A DNA stretch of 62,971 nucleotides from Octopus bimaculoides (lineage: Eukaryota), in assembly GCF_001194135.2 (NCBI RefSeq), contig NC_068988.1, forward strand, positions 52,359,931 through 52,422,901. Reading direction: 5' to 3'. The position numbers and the translations under genes are program-made. Of the stretch, positions 11,307 through 23,800 are shown piece after piece. Each line of letters begins with the position of its first letter. Position 1 is the stretch's first letter. The notes under the pieces are model-generated. The model ran no database searches. It worked only from the letters and a program-made list of their open reading frames with translations, and had not been told where the DNA came from.

Positions 11307-14300
11307 CCTTTCTACTTTAGGCACAAGGCTTGAAATTTTTTGAGGAGGGGACAAGTTGATCACATTGACCCCCAGTGTTTCACTGGTACTTAATTTATTG
11401 GCCCCAAAAGGATGAAAGGCAAATATGATAATAATATTAATATCTGTTGAGTGTATATTATAATGAGTATAGGAAAACTTGTGCTTCCTTTTTAATCAAT
11501 TGTTCTGTACCTTGACCTTTTTTATTGTCTCTGGTTTTGATACAAAATCTTTCATTATGTTCAGTTGTTTCAAATACTTTAATGAAATCATCAGTTATTT
11601 TACTGAATCATCCCAAATTTTTGGTTAGTTTTAAAATTAGTTGAAACTAAGAAAGAGCGAACTTTAGTCCCTTTGACTTGGCATCCTCTAATATTAGACG
11701 ATATTAACTCCACTGGGAGTTATGCGAATCTATCTCAATCACTCCTGTTGTAGCTATTGTCAGGATTTGCAGTGAAATAGATTTGATAGTAGAGAGAGTA
11801 CAATGTGACCAGGCTACAATTCTGCTCCACCCCCATTTGACTATGTTGTTATAGCTGTTTGTAAATAGAGACTCTTGCCTCTCACAAAATAGAAATGTTT
11901 CTCATGGCACCAGCAGACAAAATGGAAAAGGCTTTGCTGTGGAGGATAACGAGGGGTTTGTGCTGGAATAACCAATCTGACTCACAGGGCTTGCACCTGC
12001 AGACAACAACCTCTGCCCTGATAGCAGTGAGCCAAAGAAAAGTTACCAGCAGGTGGCTATGGGGCACAGATTGCTGTCTGCAAGTGTGAGGCCCGCGAGT
12101 CAGAGTGGCTGTTCTATGTTCCAGCACACCTTCCTCACTATCCTCACTATTCCCACAAAATGGAAAGGCAAACCCTTTTCCATTTTGTCTGCTGGTGCCA
12201 TGAGGTAAGTTTCTATTTTGTGAGAGACAAAATTCTCCATTTACAAGTAAGTACAACAATCCCCATCCGACTAACCATTGAAAGTCAGTGTAGAGTTTGG
12301 TCATCAGGTTGGCAGAGGCATCGTATATCTAGAACAACGTGTCTATGGATTGTGCATTGTCATTTGGCTAACTACATCCATTTATTTCATAGGTCTTTTT
12401 CATCAGTTTTGATCAAGGGCTCCACAACAACAAGATGATAAAAAAAATGTCACCGACACTATTTTTTACTTGAAAAGTTTTGGGTTCCATATATTTTGAT
12501 ATATTTTAATTTGTTCTTGTGTTGTTTATGTAAAATCTAGATGTATTATCTATTTTGTTTTAAATCAGGGTTCTCAACCATTTTTTATCTCTGGACCCCT
12601 TTTGATTACTATTTTATTCCATTTTCTAGTGGGTCCCCATTGTCATTCGATGTTTAAAAACTAGTTTTATACAAACTTCTTTCAAAATTCCTATTTAGTT
12701 TTTTCACACATTAACGTGTGTAGGTTGAACTATGTTAAATGTTNNNNNNNNNNNNNNNNNNNNNNNNNNNNNNNNNNNNNNNNNNNNNNNNNNNNNNNNN
12801 NNNNNNNNNNNNNNNNNNNNNNNNNNNATCTAACCCATGTATATCTACAATTAGCATAACAATTGACTTGTAAAAAAAATTTAAGTATTGTTGACTTTGA
12901 ATAATATACAGAGGGGCCCAAAAGTAGGTTTACAGTTATCACATAGGCACTTTAAATTTCTTTTAAAACATTTTATTACATTCAAATTTCTATCGTACTA
13001 ACTGAAAAGGGAGCTTGACAAAATTAACTAAATTAGCATAGAATAATGGTTTCATATTTTTTATAATTAAGATCTAAACTGTTAATATATGAATATAAAA
13101 GAGATAGTTGAATAACTAAACCTACTTTTGGGCCACCCTGTATATTAGTTTCAACTATTTCATTTTTTTTATTACCAGCTGCTTCCTTAGTCTTCCATTT
13201 AATTGCATACATTTTCTATTTGACATGAGTTGTAGCACTTCAAGTAATGTTATATGTAGTCTTAGACATTTATTGCTATTTTATATCTGTTTACAACTAT
13301 CATAGATGGGACTGTTTTAAAGCTAGATGCTCTTTCTACTACTAACTGCTCAACATAATCTATTCCTAGTTTATAGTTATCAATGACATTAAGACAAACA
13401 GAAACTTTTTTAGGAATACAACATTACAGCAAACATCCATACCTATTTTAAAGGAATTCTTGCAATATATATTTTATTTGCCTTTTTTCTTTTTCTTCCA
13501 GATATCCCACCTCGTTTATGGAAAGAAATTTCAGCGTACATGTGTCCTTGGACTTTAATTAAGCTTGGTGAAGAATTCCTATTAAAGAAAGGTAAAAAAA
13601 AAAGTAGAAATAGCCCTATTAATCTTTGATTAATCAAAGAATAATTCTTTCCATCATCATCATTTAACATCCCTTTTACCAAACCAGCATGGGTTGAATG
13701 GTTCGTCATGAACAGACAAGACATCTACATAAGCATGCTTTCTACAGCTAGATGCCCTTCCTAAAGCCAGCTACTTTACAGTGTGTACTGGATGGTTTTT
13801 TTTCTCATGGTACCAGCACTGGTGAGGTCACCAAGTACCTTTATATATTAATTGAGTAAATTGGATATAAAATATTTAGAAAAAGCCACGTATTACAGAA
13901 ATATTTTGTGTAGACTTCGGTATCTATATTTACATTTTATTTTATTGTTTAACCAGAGCAGTAGTACACATGACCTTTTGTCGGTCCTTTGCAAACGGTA
14001 GAGGAAACAGAATCTGAAGAATCAAACAAATTTTATTTCACTTGAATATTCCTCCACACACACACACACACACACACACACCATTCTCTTCTGTGATTAT
14101 TGTTTGTAGATATGACATTTGGTTTATAGTAATGTTCGAAGATGCTTTTGTCTTTCTCACTTACCAATGTTAACATCTTGTACTTTTCGTTTTTTTATTA
14201 GCTTGTAATACGAGCTTAGTTTCATGGATACAACATGGTGATATGTTGGAGGAATCTTGCCAATACATTGGTAGAGCATTTATTTAGGGATATTTCAGCT

Positions 14301-14797
14301 GATTGTCATTCTGGCAGTACATGATTCAACCTTAAACATGCTTTGTCATAGTTTTCTTCTTTCTTTACATCATTCTTGTTGCAATGATTAGTAATAGTAC
14401 ACATGCATAGTTTGATCAGCCAGTCCTAGGCATGTTGGCACTTTTGTGTCTATAAGTAAATGTCAGCTATTCCAATGATGTGCATTGTCATAAGGGTTAG
14501 TATATTTGTTGTAGTTGTGTGTTAGGATTTGCGTAGTCTGTTGTGAAAAATAGCCTGAATGTCATTACTTTCATTTAGGTGTGCTAAGTAGCAGTTTGGA
14601 AGGAATAATTTCATTCCTGAAGTATTTGACAGGGTCTATAAACGAGATCGGCTATTTACATACCGTTAACCTGTATTTTTTTTAACATAATGGAGATGAG
14701 GGAAATATAGGGAATGAATTTCTTCACTCAACTTCCTTATAATACGGTCGTTTTAAGCAGTACTGTTATACGCAGTTATTTCCCTTAGAACCTTTTC

Positions 14798-14832
<35 letters not shown>

Positions 14833-17800
14833 CCATTGAAATGGATGACTTTTCCTAGGATTCCCCATCCCTCTGGCTTCCTTTTTTAAAGTTGCTCTTC
14901 TGACCTCTTTTCATTGTTGTGGTTTTTAGAGAGTACTGAGTGACGTTTGAAATTATTTTGGTTTTCAATTAATCGTTATTGGCAGTTCTGTCAGGTTTAG
15001 AACAATGTAAGGTTATGTACTTTAAAGACCCATGCATTGGTAATTGTAACATGTTAAGTTCCATTACCATGTGGTTAGTGGCTAACATCCATTCTAACCT
15101 CATAGTTATTAAACAGTGTTATTACTTACATTGGTTGTTGAATATTTATCTTGTTTCAGGTGTTAATGTTGATGAATGCTGGCAAGCTCATTATAATAGG
15201 CGTTGGCCTTGGAAATACAGTCGCAGTGCTTTAGATCTCTTGGATCGACATAACCTTACTCACAAGCAACTCTACATTGATAGGCACTTTATGAAATTTC
15301 TCGAGGAGTATTGTCGTATGAAACATTTATGTCTTGAAAGAGGTAAGTCGCTTCTCCTTTCTATGTCCTACTTTCATTTTTCATTCTGTACTCTTCCACT
15401 CTCCACTAGTGTAGAAGAGTATATGTTATCCTATCTATTTTGCATTTTATTCTTTAGCCTATTGTTTAACCCTTTAGTATTTAGATTACTTTGGCAAATG
15501 TAATGCTTAATTTATTCGCGTTGTTTTCAATTAATCATGCATTATCTCGTAGCTTCAAGATTTTGTTCATGTGATTGTGTATTTTAGAATGACTATGGAA
15601 GATACATGTGAAAGGCTAGATTTGGCCAGTTTGAATATAAAGCAGGTAGAATATTTGGGCTGGATATAACTGGTTTAAATGCTGAAGGGTTAACTATTTT
15701 CTGAAACTTATGAGATGATACCTATTTGTGTGTATATCAAATTCATGATGTTAACATATGCTGTTATGTCTGTTTACTTTACCTAACTCTGCCCTAAGAT
15801 TTGCAAAACTGTCCAAGAGCCCTAATTACTTGAAATATATTGTAGATATCTGATTATAATGTTTCAAAATATTAACCTAATTTTTAGATCATTAGGTGTG
15901 TTATTCCTGAAGGTGTTTGTAGTATGATACCTGAAGGTGATTGGTTGGGTGTAAATGTTACCTTGACAAATACTTTATATGTATACTTTTCTGAAAAATG
16001 AAGGTAGCAGTCTGGAAAATTATGAGTCACAATTAGGGATATTTAGACATTTATGATCCAATTGTGACAAAATTAGAAACTAAGTGGAATTTACTTTTGA
16101 ATCCAGTAAATTCAAACTCTTGGTTGCTTATCAACTTCAAGTAGTTTACAGCTGAGAGTATCCTGGCCTATTGTATTGCAAAATGTTTGGTAAGTAACCA
16201 GAAATTTCTGTAATAGATAACACTGGAAACAGAAGCCATAATTGGCAACCAGCTGTTGTTTAGGGAAGAAATTTTTCTGAACTGCAGAGAACGTTCAGTA
16301 TCATCAGACACTTCTTTACATCCTGGTATATTTACTGCCATTTCCAAAGCATTACTAATGGTTCAGGCTTGCTTAAACAAGTTTTGAGACTGTTTTTCTT
16401 TTATATCTAAAGAAGTTCCATAGTTTAAAGTATGAATGAAACTCTGCATTTGTCATTCTTGTAATTTAGGTTATATTGTGGTTACTGTTGTTGTCTTTTC
16501 CTTCTCAAATTGTAATTAAATCCATTTTTTCCTATAAAATACTGAAATAACACAAGATGTCTTTATTAGTTAAAATAGTGCTTTAATTATTTCAAGTTTT
16601 GATCCTTTAGAAGTACTAGCAAATCAACTCATTTACAATGGAGGCAAAAAATGAGGGAGGGAAATCATAACAGCTGTATGTATTGAGAAATGTGTAAATG
16701 GACTTGATAGATTACTTGGATAGATTATCTTAGAGAAATCACATTATTGTTCGTGATTCAGCATTCTATTGCAGCTATATGACATGTATTTGCGACTAAG
16801 TGACGTGTGATGACGATTCACTCCTGAACTGAAATAGGCTCCCAGCCTCTGTATCATGAATGGTTATGTGGACCACTCCTAATGAAAACCAGAGCTTCCT
16901 TCAACCACTGCATAAAAAGTATTAAGAAGAAAATGTTATTTAGATATACTTTTATTTTAGTTGTTTACACTATTTTGTGCTTGTTTATACTCTTATACAT
17001 TCAAAGTTCACAAATTTCCTTGTTTAAATTATGAATCATATTCCTTTTGATAATATCAATATGATTACAAAACTGCTTTGTAGACGATATTTTCTGTTTG
17101 GTCGACACTAATTTTCAAATTACTGGATTGCATTGTTCTACTCATAGCGACGTATAACTGGCCGTGTGTAAACATCGGAGTAGGTAAAAGTACACCTACA
17201 CGATCTAAAGTCTGGCCCTGTGCCTTGTTTGCTGTGATGTGTGAGCAGAATCTTTAGGGTTGCCAAAAAATCTAACTAAGACTTACCTCTCACTGTTCTA
17301 TGCGAATAATGTCTGATGTTCTGGTACCATAGGTTATTTTGATTGACAAAGCTGAGATGTAAACAACAGCTGCTTCGATTAGCTGTTTTGAATCCTGCTC
17401 GAGACTGACACACTTCAATAACCACTAAATAATCGCATACAATTTCTTCATTTTATTTTCGCTATTAACTGTCTTTGTGACACCCTTTGTATCTATGATG
17501 GGGACACAAACTATACAATGAAAATCCAGAGTTACTTGTAGTTGGTGAATTTTTAATAAAAATGCAAAGGTGGTTTATCAATTCAAAAATCGATATCCAT
17601 GAAATAAAATCATACTTTCTGATTTTTTAATGCTAAAGACCCTTCTGATGACTGTCTTTGTAATCCCAAAAAATATCGTAACCATTGATCCTGCTGTCTG
17701 GTTGTGAAGGGGGAACAGACAGTCGGACGTAACACCCATTATAGTAAGATTTAGAATTTGGTTAAGTACACCATATATTTTTTTCTGTATTTCTTTTTCT

Positions 17801-20800
17801 TATTGTTTTATTTAACTCCCCTCCCCCAAATTTAATAAATTGTCATGTGCACAATGAACAGCAAGTATAGGAATGATGACATAAAGATTTGAACGATGAC
17901 ATATATATATATTTATTCATGTGGTCTGACGAATTTGAGCAGTAATATGCTAATTATTGTTGTATTTCACCTTTGGAGAAGAATGTCTCCTTTCAGATGA
18001 ATGTGTGTCCATAGAACACTTGATTTATTAGCACAAGGGGACTTTGGGGCACCCTTTGTTTCAACATTGTTGTGTTTTTGCAGCCAAAGCTGAGGAAACA
18101 TTATGATAAACTTGAGTAATGTTCCAAACCCATGATAAATTTGCTCTACTGGCTACTGTAGTTTTGAAATGGTTTAAAATTTTAACTAAACAAAACTCTA
18201 TCTTGAATCCACTTACTTTCATCTTTTTTAATATTACCTCTTTTATTTCTGTTTCAGTTTTGAGTCATGACTTCATGTGGTGTTCTGTATATGAATATGA
18301 CCCCAAAGTCACCTGTTACCTTCCAAAACATGTCCAGGCGAGCATGAAGACTGATACAATGGCAACACGAGTGTTAGCTCTTGCACCATACGTCACCTCC
18401 TTGACCTTGAACTCAACTCTGTCTGTATTTTTAGAATGCCATTTAGAACTGGTTCATCTGTTGTTAAATTCAGTTGTCTTGTTACGTGTTCAGTGCCATC
18501 CTGCCATTACGGAGTCAAACTGTTGTTGGAATATCATAGAAACTTTTCTAAAACATGGCAAATTGCAGGAATTTTCCTTAACTTTTTCAAAACGTAATGA
18601 TGGCTTTGTAGGTTTCTTTGAACGTTTAATGAAAATTTGTGCTGGCATTCATGATTCTGAATCTGACAACGTTCTGGATTCTAGCTTTGACTGTGATATA
18701 TCTGATTGTTCCAAGGATGCGTTTGATGAACATTCTGAAAAGATTGTAAACTCTCTCAAGTGTAAAAGTGTTTATAATTTTGATTCTTCTATAGCCAAAA
18801 AACTGAAACTTCACTCAGAAAATATATATTTTTATAACAATAATAATGATAAAAATAATAATAATGACTCGGGTGATAATCTTAATAATTGTCAAAAAGT
18901 ATTTAATAATTCAAATTCTTTGTTTGATAGTATTGGTGCTGTTGATAAGAATGGTCACTCTATGAATTGTGAAGATAGTATTTCTGATGTTGGTAAGATG
19001 CAGAAAGTTTTAGATCAGAAGCTGCGACGTGAAAAAGAGTTAAATAGCCCAGCAGTGCGTAATCTTGGTTGCTGTCAGAAGTTCAGAGACAAAGAAGGAA
19101 AGAACAAAGATTCTCTCTTAACATCTTCTGAAGAAAACTCACTGCTTACTTCGATGCTTTGGCATCAAAATCTTAATTCACAAAACTCCTCTTCCAGTGA
19201 ATCTCATTGTCATTCAAATATTGATGCGAGCCCTAAGTCTCGTAAATGCTTGAAGAGTACATTCAGTCGGTTTGATTCCAAAAATCATGTTATCACCACT
19301 CATTCGAAAAACATGAACTGTCTGAATATGTCTTCGAATCCATTTATGATGAATTGCTGCAATTTTAAAGAACATTCGATTTCCACAGATAAGCTTTGCA
19401 AGCTTTGCTCCTATAGAATGAACAACTGTTTTCAATCCATGACTTCTTGCCCACATTCCATAAAGTTTGAAACAAAACGGAAGACATCTTATTCAGTATT
19501 AACTGCACTTCTCTCAAATTCTTATGAAGAACTTGCAGAAGTGAAAAAGCTTCGACCTGCAGATCGATATCGTTACTGTAAACCATTAGGAAAAGAATTT
19601 GGTTTCTGCTCTTCGACTGGGAAAGATTCTATATCGCCATTTAGCAATTCATGGGATGATAATCTGTCAGGTTCAAGGTCTCTGTGTGAGGAGGAGAACA
19701 TTTCTGTTGTGAAGTGTTACCAAAATGCTGATGATCTGTCTCAAAGTGACAAAGCCTCTAAAACATCTGATATAGGTTCCAGTACTGAAAGTGAAGTGCC
19801 TAATACAGAGAGTTCAGCTTCTATGAGCTCAAGTAACATTTCAACAGAGACTGATACATCTTCTGATCAAAATGGCTTTGACACTTTTATAGGTAAAATA
19901 AAAGATGAAAATGGAATATCGAACAAATCCTGTTTTAAGTCTCCTCCCACTCCCAGAGAAAAGAAAAGAATGTACCCTAGTGAAGATATAAAATCACGGA
20001 CAAATTCAGCTGTTGATAGTTACTCTCCTTTGACATCAAAACAGCTGGAATCACGCCGAATGTCTTTTGACATCTATGCTGATTTGGATGAGGGCATTTC
20101 AGAGGAAGAAACAACAAATTCCAAAACGGACTCTTCATTGTCAGATTCACAGTGGTTGTCTCCTGCAAATTGTCAGCATTCTTCTCCAGTATCAACACCA
20201 GGTAGCACCAAATCTGACAATTCGTTGTGGGACCTTTGCTTAGGTTTGTCTAAAAAGACACATTCTCTGTCATCAAAGGGTTTGAAATCACTGAGGCTTA
20301 TTGGTGAACCTAATCCCCATATAGGTGATATTTTGAGGGATGTTCTACCAATGTGGCCAGCTCTACAAAAGCTGTATTTGAATGTATCTGGTAAGTGTTG
20401 TTACTGTTATTATTGCTTAGATTATTATTGAGTGAGAGATGAGTGCACAGCGTCAAAGTGACACCGGGGTACAAATATACAAAGTCTAATATACCCTTCT
20501 TGACTACCTGTCTGATAAGGGTACACCAGACATGTGCATCACAACCACATGTGTGCGATATGGTGATCTCATATCAAGATAAACAGTGCATGACATTGCA
20601 AGTGGAGCCCAGTTAGAATTTTCTTCATGTCGAGTAGCCCATCCAACTCAAAAATGTCCTTGAATAAGGTTTGTTAAAGGATGAAAAAAACACTCGTTTC
20701 CAGGGGTGAATTATTCANNNNNNNNNNCCCCCCAATTCCTCTCAACGCATGGCTATGATGCTTGTCCACTACTTCTACTTATGATCAGGGATGCACACAT

Positions 20801-23800
20801 CGTCAGCCACTAAGGGACATATCAGCTTTCTGCCTATAGTAGAAAGAAATATTTTTATCATTAAAGTGGCAAGCTGGTAGAATTGTTAGCATGTTGGGCA
20901 AAATGTTTAGTGGCATTTCTTCTGACTCTTTCAATTCTGAGTTTAAATTCTGCCATGATCAGCTTTGCCTTTCATCCTTGTAGGTCAATAAAATAAAGTA
21001 CCATTCAAGCACAGAGGTCAATGTATTTGACTTGCCCCTCTGCTCAAAATTGTTGGCCTTGTGCCAAAATTAGAAAGAATTGTTATAGCTTTTTCTGAAA
21101 TTGAGAAAGCAGATGGTGCTAGAGATCTTATATAAAAGAAACTGCTGAAGAGGCTAGTATTATAAACATGTTCAGTTTTGAAAATCATCATTTAGAGGTA
21201 CTAAATACTCTATTAGATTGTAGAGTGTAGCTGAATGTAGTCCCTTGTCAGGAATAGCAGCCAAATCTCCTTTAGAATATATCCTTTGGTCTTAAATATA
21301 GGAAGGACTCATTGGATAATCTAGTCCTATATATCCCTAAAAAAAAAGACAGTCATGGCGAGAAAATCTTTGACAATAGGTTTGCTTTCTGAGGTTTTCC
21401 AGTAAGTGACAAACATTAAGAATGACTAAATATCCCATGTGAAACACTGAAATGTATGTGGCACCCTAGACAAGTGTCTTCTATGATAAATAACCCTTGA
21501 CCAACTAAAGCTTTGAGTGGATTTGGTTGATGGAAAATGAAAGAAGCTTGTTGTGTGTGTGTGTACCTCCTTGTCTTGACATTGCTTGATAATTGTAAAT
21601 GAGTATCACTGTCATGCAATGTGTGTCATTCTTTTCCAATTTTTTGTGAAAACATGTTTGGTCATGGGGAAATATCTGGTTTGGGAACAAGTGAGGGTTG
21701 GCAACAGGAAGGGCATCTAGCCGTAGAAAATTCATTAAAATGAATTCCTTCAGACCCATGTGATGATGATGATGATGACAAACAGGAACTGTAATAAAAG
21801 ATTGAATCAGTGTGATGTTGTTGATAAACGCTAACTCCTTGAAGCATCACTCCGATATTTGATCAAGGGCAACAGTATGTATGTAGTTATATCATGTATC
21901 CGCTGAGCAATTGTTTAACTCTACATTATCCCTGATTGAGCAGGCTTATGCTTAAGACATGCCAGCTGAGACAACCCCATCGTTTTTAATATCTAGAACT
22001 ACATTATCCAATCTGTCCTTCCCTTTTTAAGGCAGTAGACGTAATTAGAGGGATATTTGGTTGCTATTTCTAGCAGGTTAAGCTCCTATGCATATGTTCC
22101 TCTGAACAGTTTAATTTTTGTGGCATGTTCACTAACACACACGTGAGTATATACACATTTATTCCACCTCGCAAGTATGTCTTCGCAGATTTGAGCTTTA
22201 ACAAGGGAGATAACTCTATTACAATTTATTCTTGCTAGGACGAGCTGTCGTTGTTGTGTCATAGTTTAGTGGGCTGAAGTTGGACGGTCATAGATTGCAG
22301 TCATATGCTAAGGAACAGATATTTAACTGGTCAAATATAGCCATCTGCTGAGATAGCTCCAGGTCCCATTTAAGTTGGCCGATGTTCAAAAGCATTCCAG
22401 TTGAGACCATCGTTTTTGTCTTTTTTTTTTAAACTATTTCTAAGATTGCCCTTTTTTTTAAATTGTAGGTTGTGATTTGAGGGTGATTTAGCTACTATTT
22501 CTAGAAGTTTGACTACTTAGTGGCTCTTTAATTCTCCCTTATGTGTTTTCATACACTGTTACCAACGTAGTTATGCATGTTTTTAAATAGTTGCAGCCTG
22601 TTTGGCTTATATCAGTGGTTCTCAAACGGGTCTGCAGTCCCCTAGGTGACGGCAAAGCGATTTTAGGGGGACTGCAAAGGGATGCTGAAGTATGGTGGAA
22701 ACGGGGTGGCTGAGACAGTTAAATTTTAAGATTTTAAGACTTTCAATTTTTCACATGCTATCATTTTTTGTTGTTGGCCTCAAAGACCCACACCACTCCT
22801 ACGCACTCATTTGCTAATCACACTTGTACAAGTGTGATTGGCCAATAGAAAATATGTGGGTATAACGGTTGATCGTGCATGTGCTGTTGGTATTTTTCGT
22901 TTCTCATTCATTTTGTAACCAATTGATGAACCGATTCCCCATATTTTTATGTGCATTTACTGTATCCCATTGAGGCATTGTCTGGATTAAGTTGTGGTTT
23001 TCGGGGTTGCAGGTCTATAGGCAGTGTAGATCATTGTCCAGAAATTATGGTACACGAATGTATGTCATGTTGATTATCCAGCATTTTATAGGGGACCACG
23101 AATCATTGGAAAAACTGTAAGGGGACCGGCATGTAAAATCCTTTGAAAAGTTTGAGAATCATTGGCTTATATAGAGGGTGGGTAACCTATAAACCCTATA
23201 TATAGCATGAAGCGCTCACAGTCATATTGTCTCTACCAATGCAGTTTACTTAAAATATTCATTTTTCCTGTTGATATAAGATGAGTCCCTCCATTGTAAT
23301 TCAGCCTTTTGACACCTAATATATGACCATCACATAGAGAGTAGTGGAGGGCTTTTTCCTTTTCTTTTTATTTTGTTCTCTTTGTCTTGGAAGTAACTTG
23401 GTAATCTCACTAGTGTTGGTGGCACGATAAAAATAAATAAATAAAAGCATATACTACACTCTGTAAAGTGGTTGACATTAGGAAAGGCATACAGTTGTCG
23501 AAACCATGCTAAAGTTGACACTGGAGCTTGGCACAGCTCTTTGGCTTGCTGGATCTTGTCAAACCATCCAACCCATGCCAACATAGAAAACAGGCGTAAA
23601 ATGATGATGTTAGAAGTGATGTGATATTTAGGGGAAGTGTATTGAAAGTTGCATTAATTTGAATATAACTGAAAATTTGCTAATTAATTATTTTTGATGT
23701 TACATTTCCCATTTGCAGTGAGATGTTTAATTGAAATTGTTTTATTTTTTTAGGATTGAACAATCCAGAACTTCTTGACATCATCAGTGATCTCGTGAAC

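Noticed and set aside
14202-14270. 69-nt phase-1/1 candidate cassette exon (ACNTSLVSWIQHGDMLEESCQYIG)
   Set aside because: Weak donor (GTAGAG), and it would interrupt the KKG-VNVDE segment that is contiguous in the homologue as I recall it.
17872-17930. Box C/D snoRNA (ATGATGA...CTGA); a similar case at about 16806
   Set aside because: No terminal stem, a (TA)n interior, and such motifs are expected by chance in AT-rich DNA.
18119-20431. Stand-alone 770-aa single-exon gene
   Set aside because: Its ends are intron read-through; strong splice sites at 18257/8 and 20390/1 place it in the spliced gene. The same holds for ORFs 14979, 23756, 27685 and 32280.
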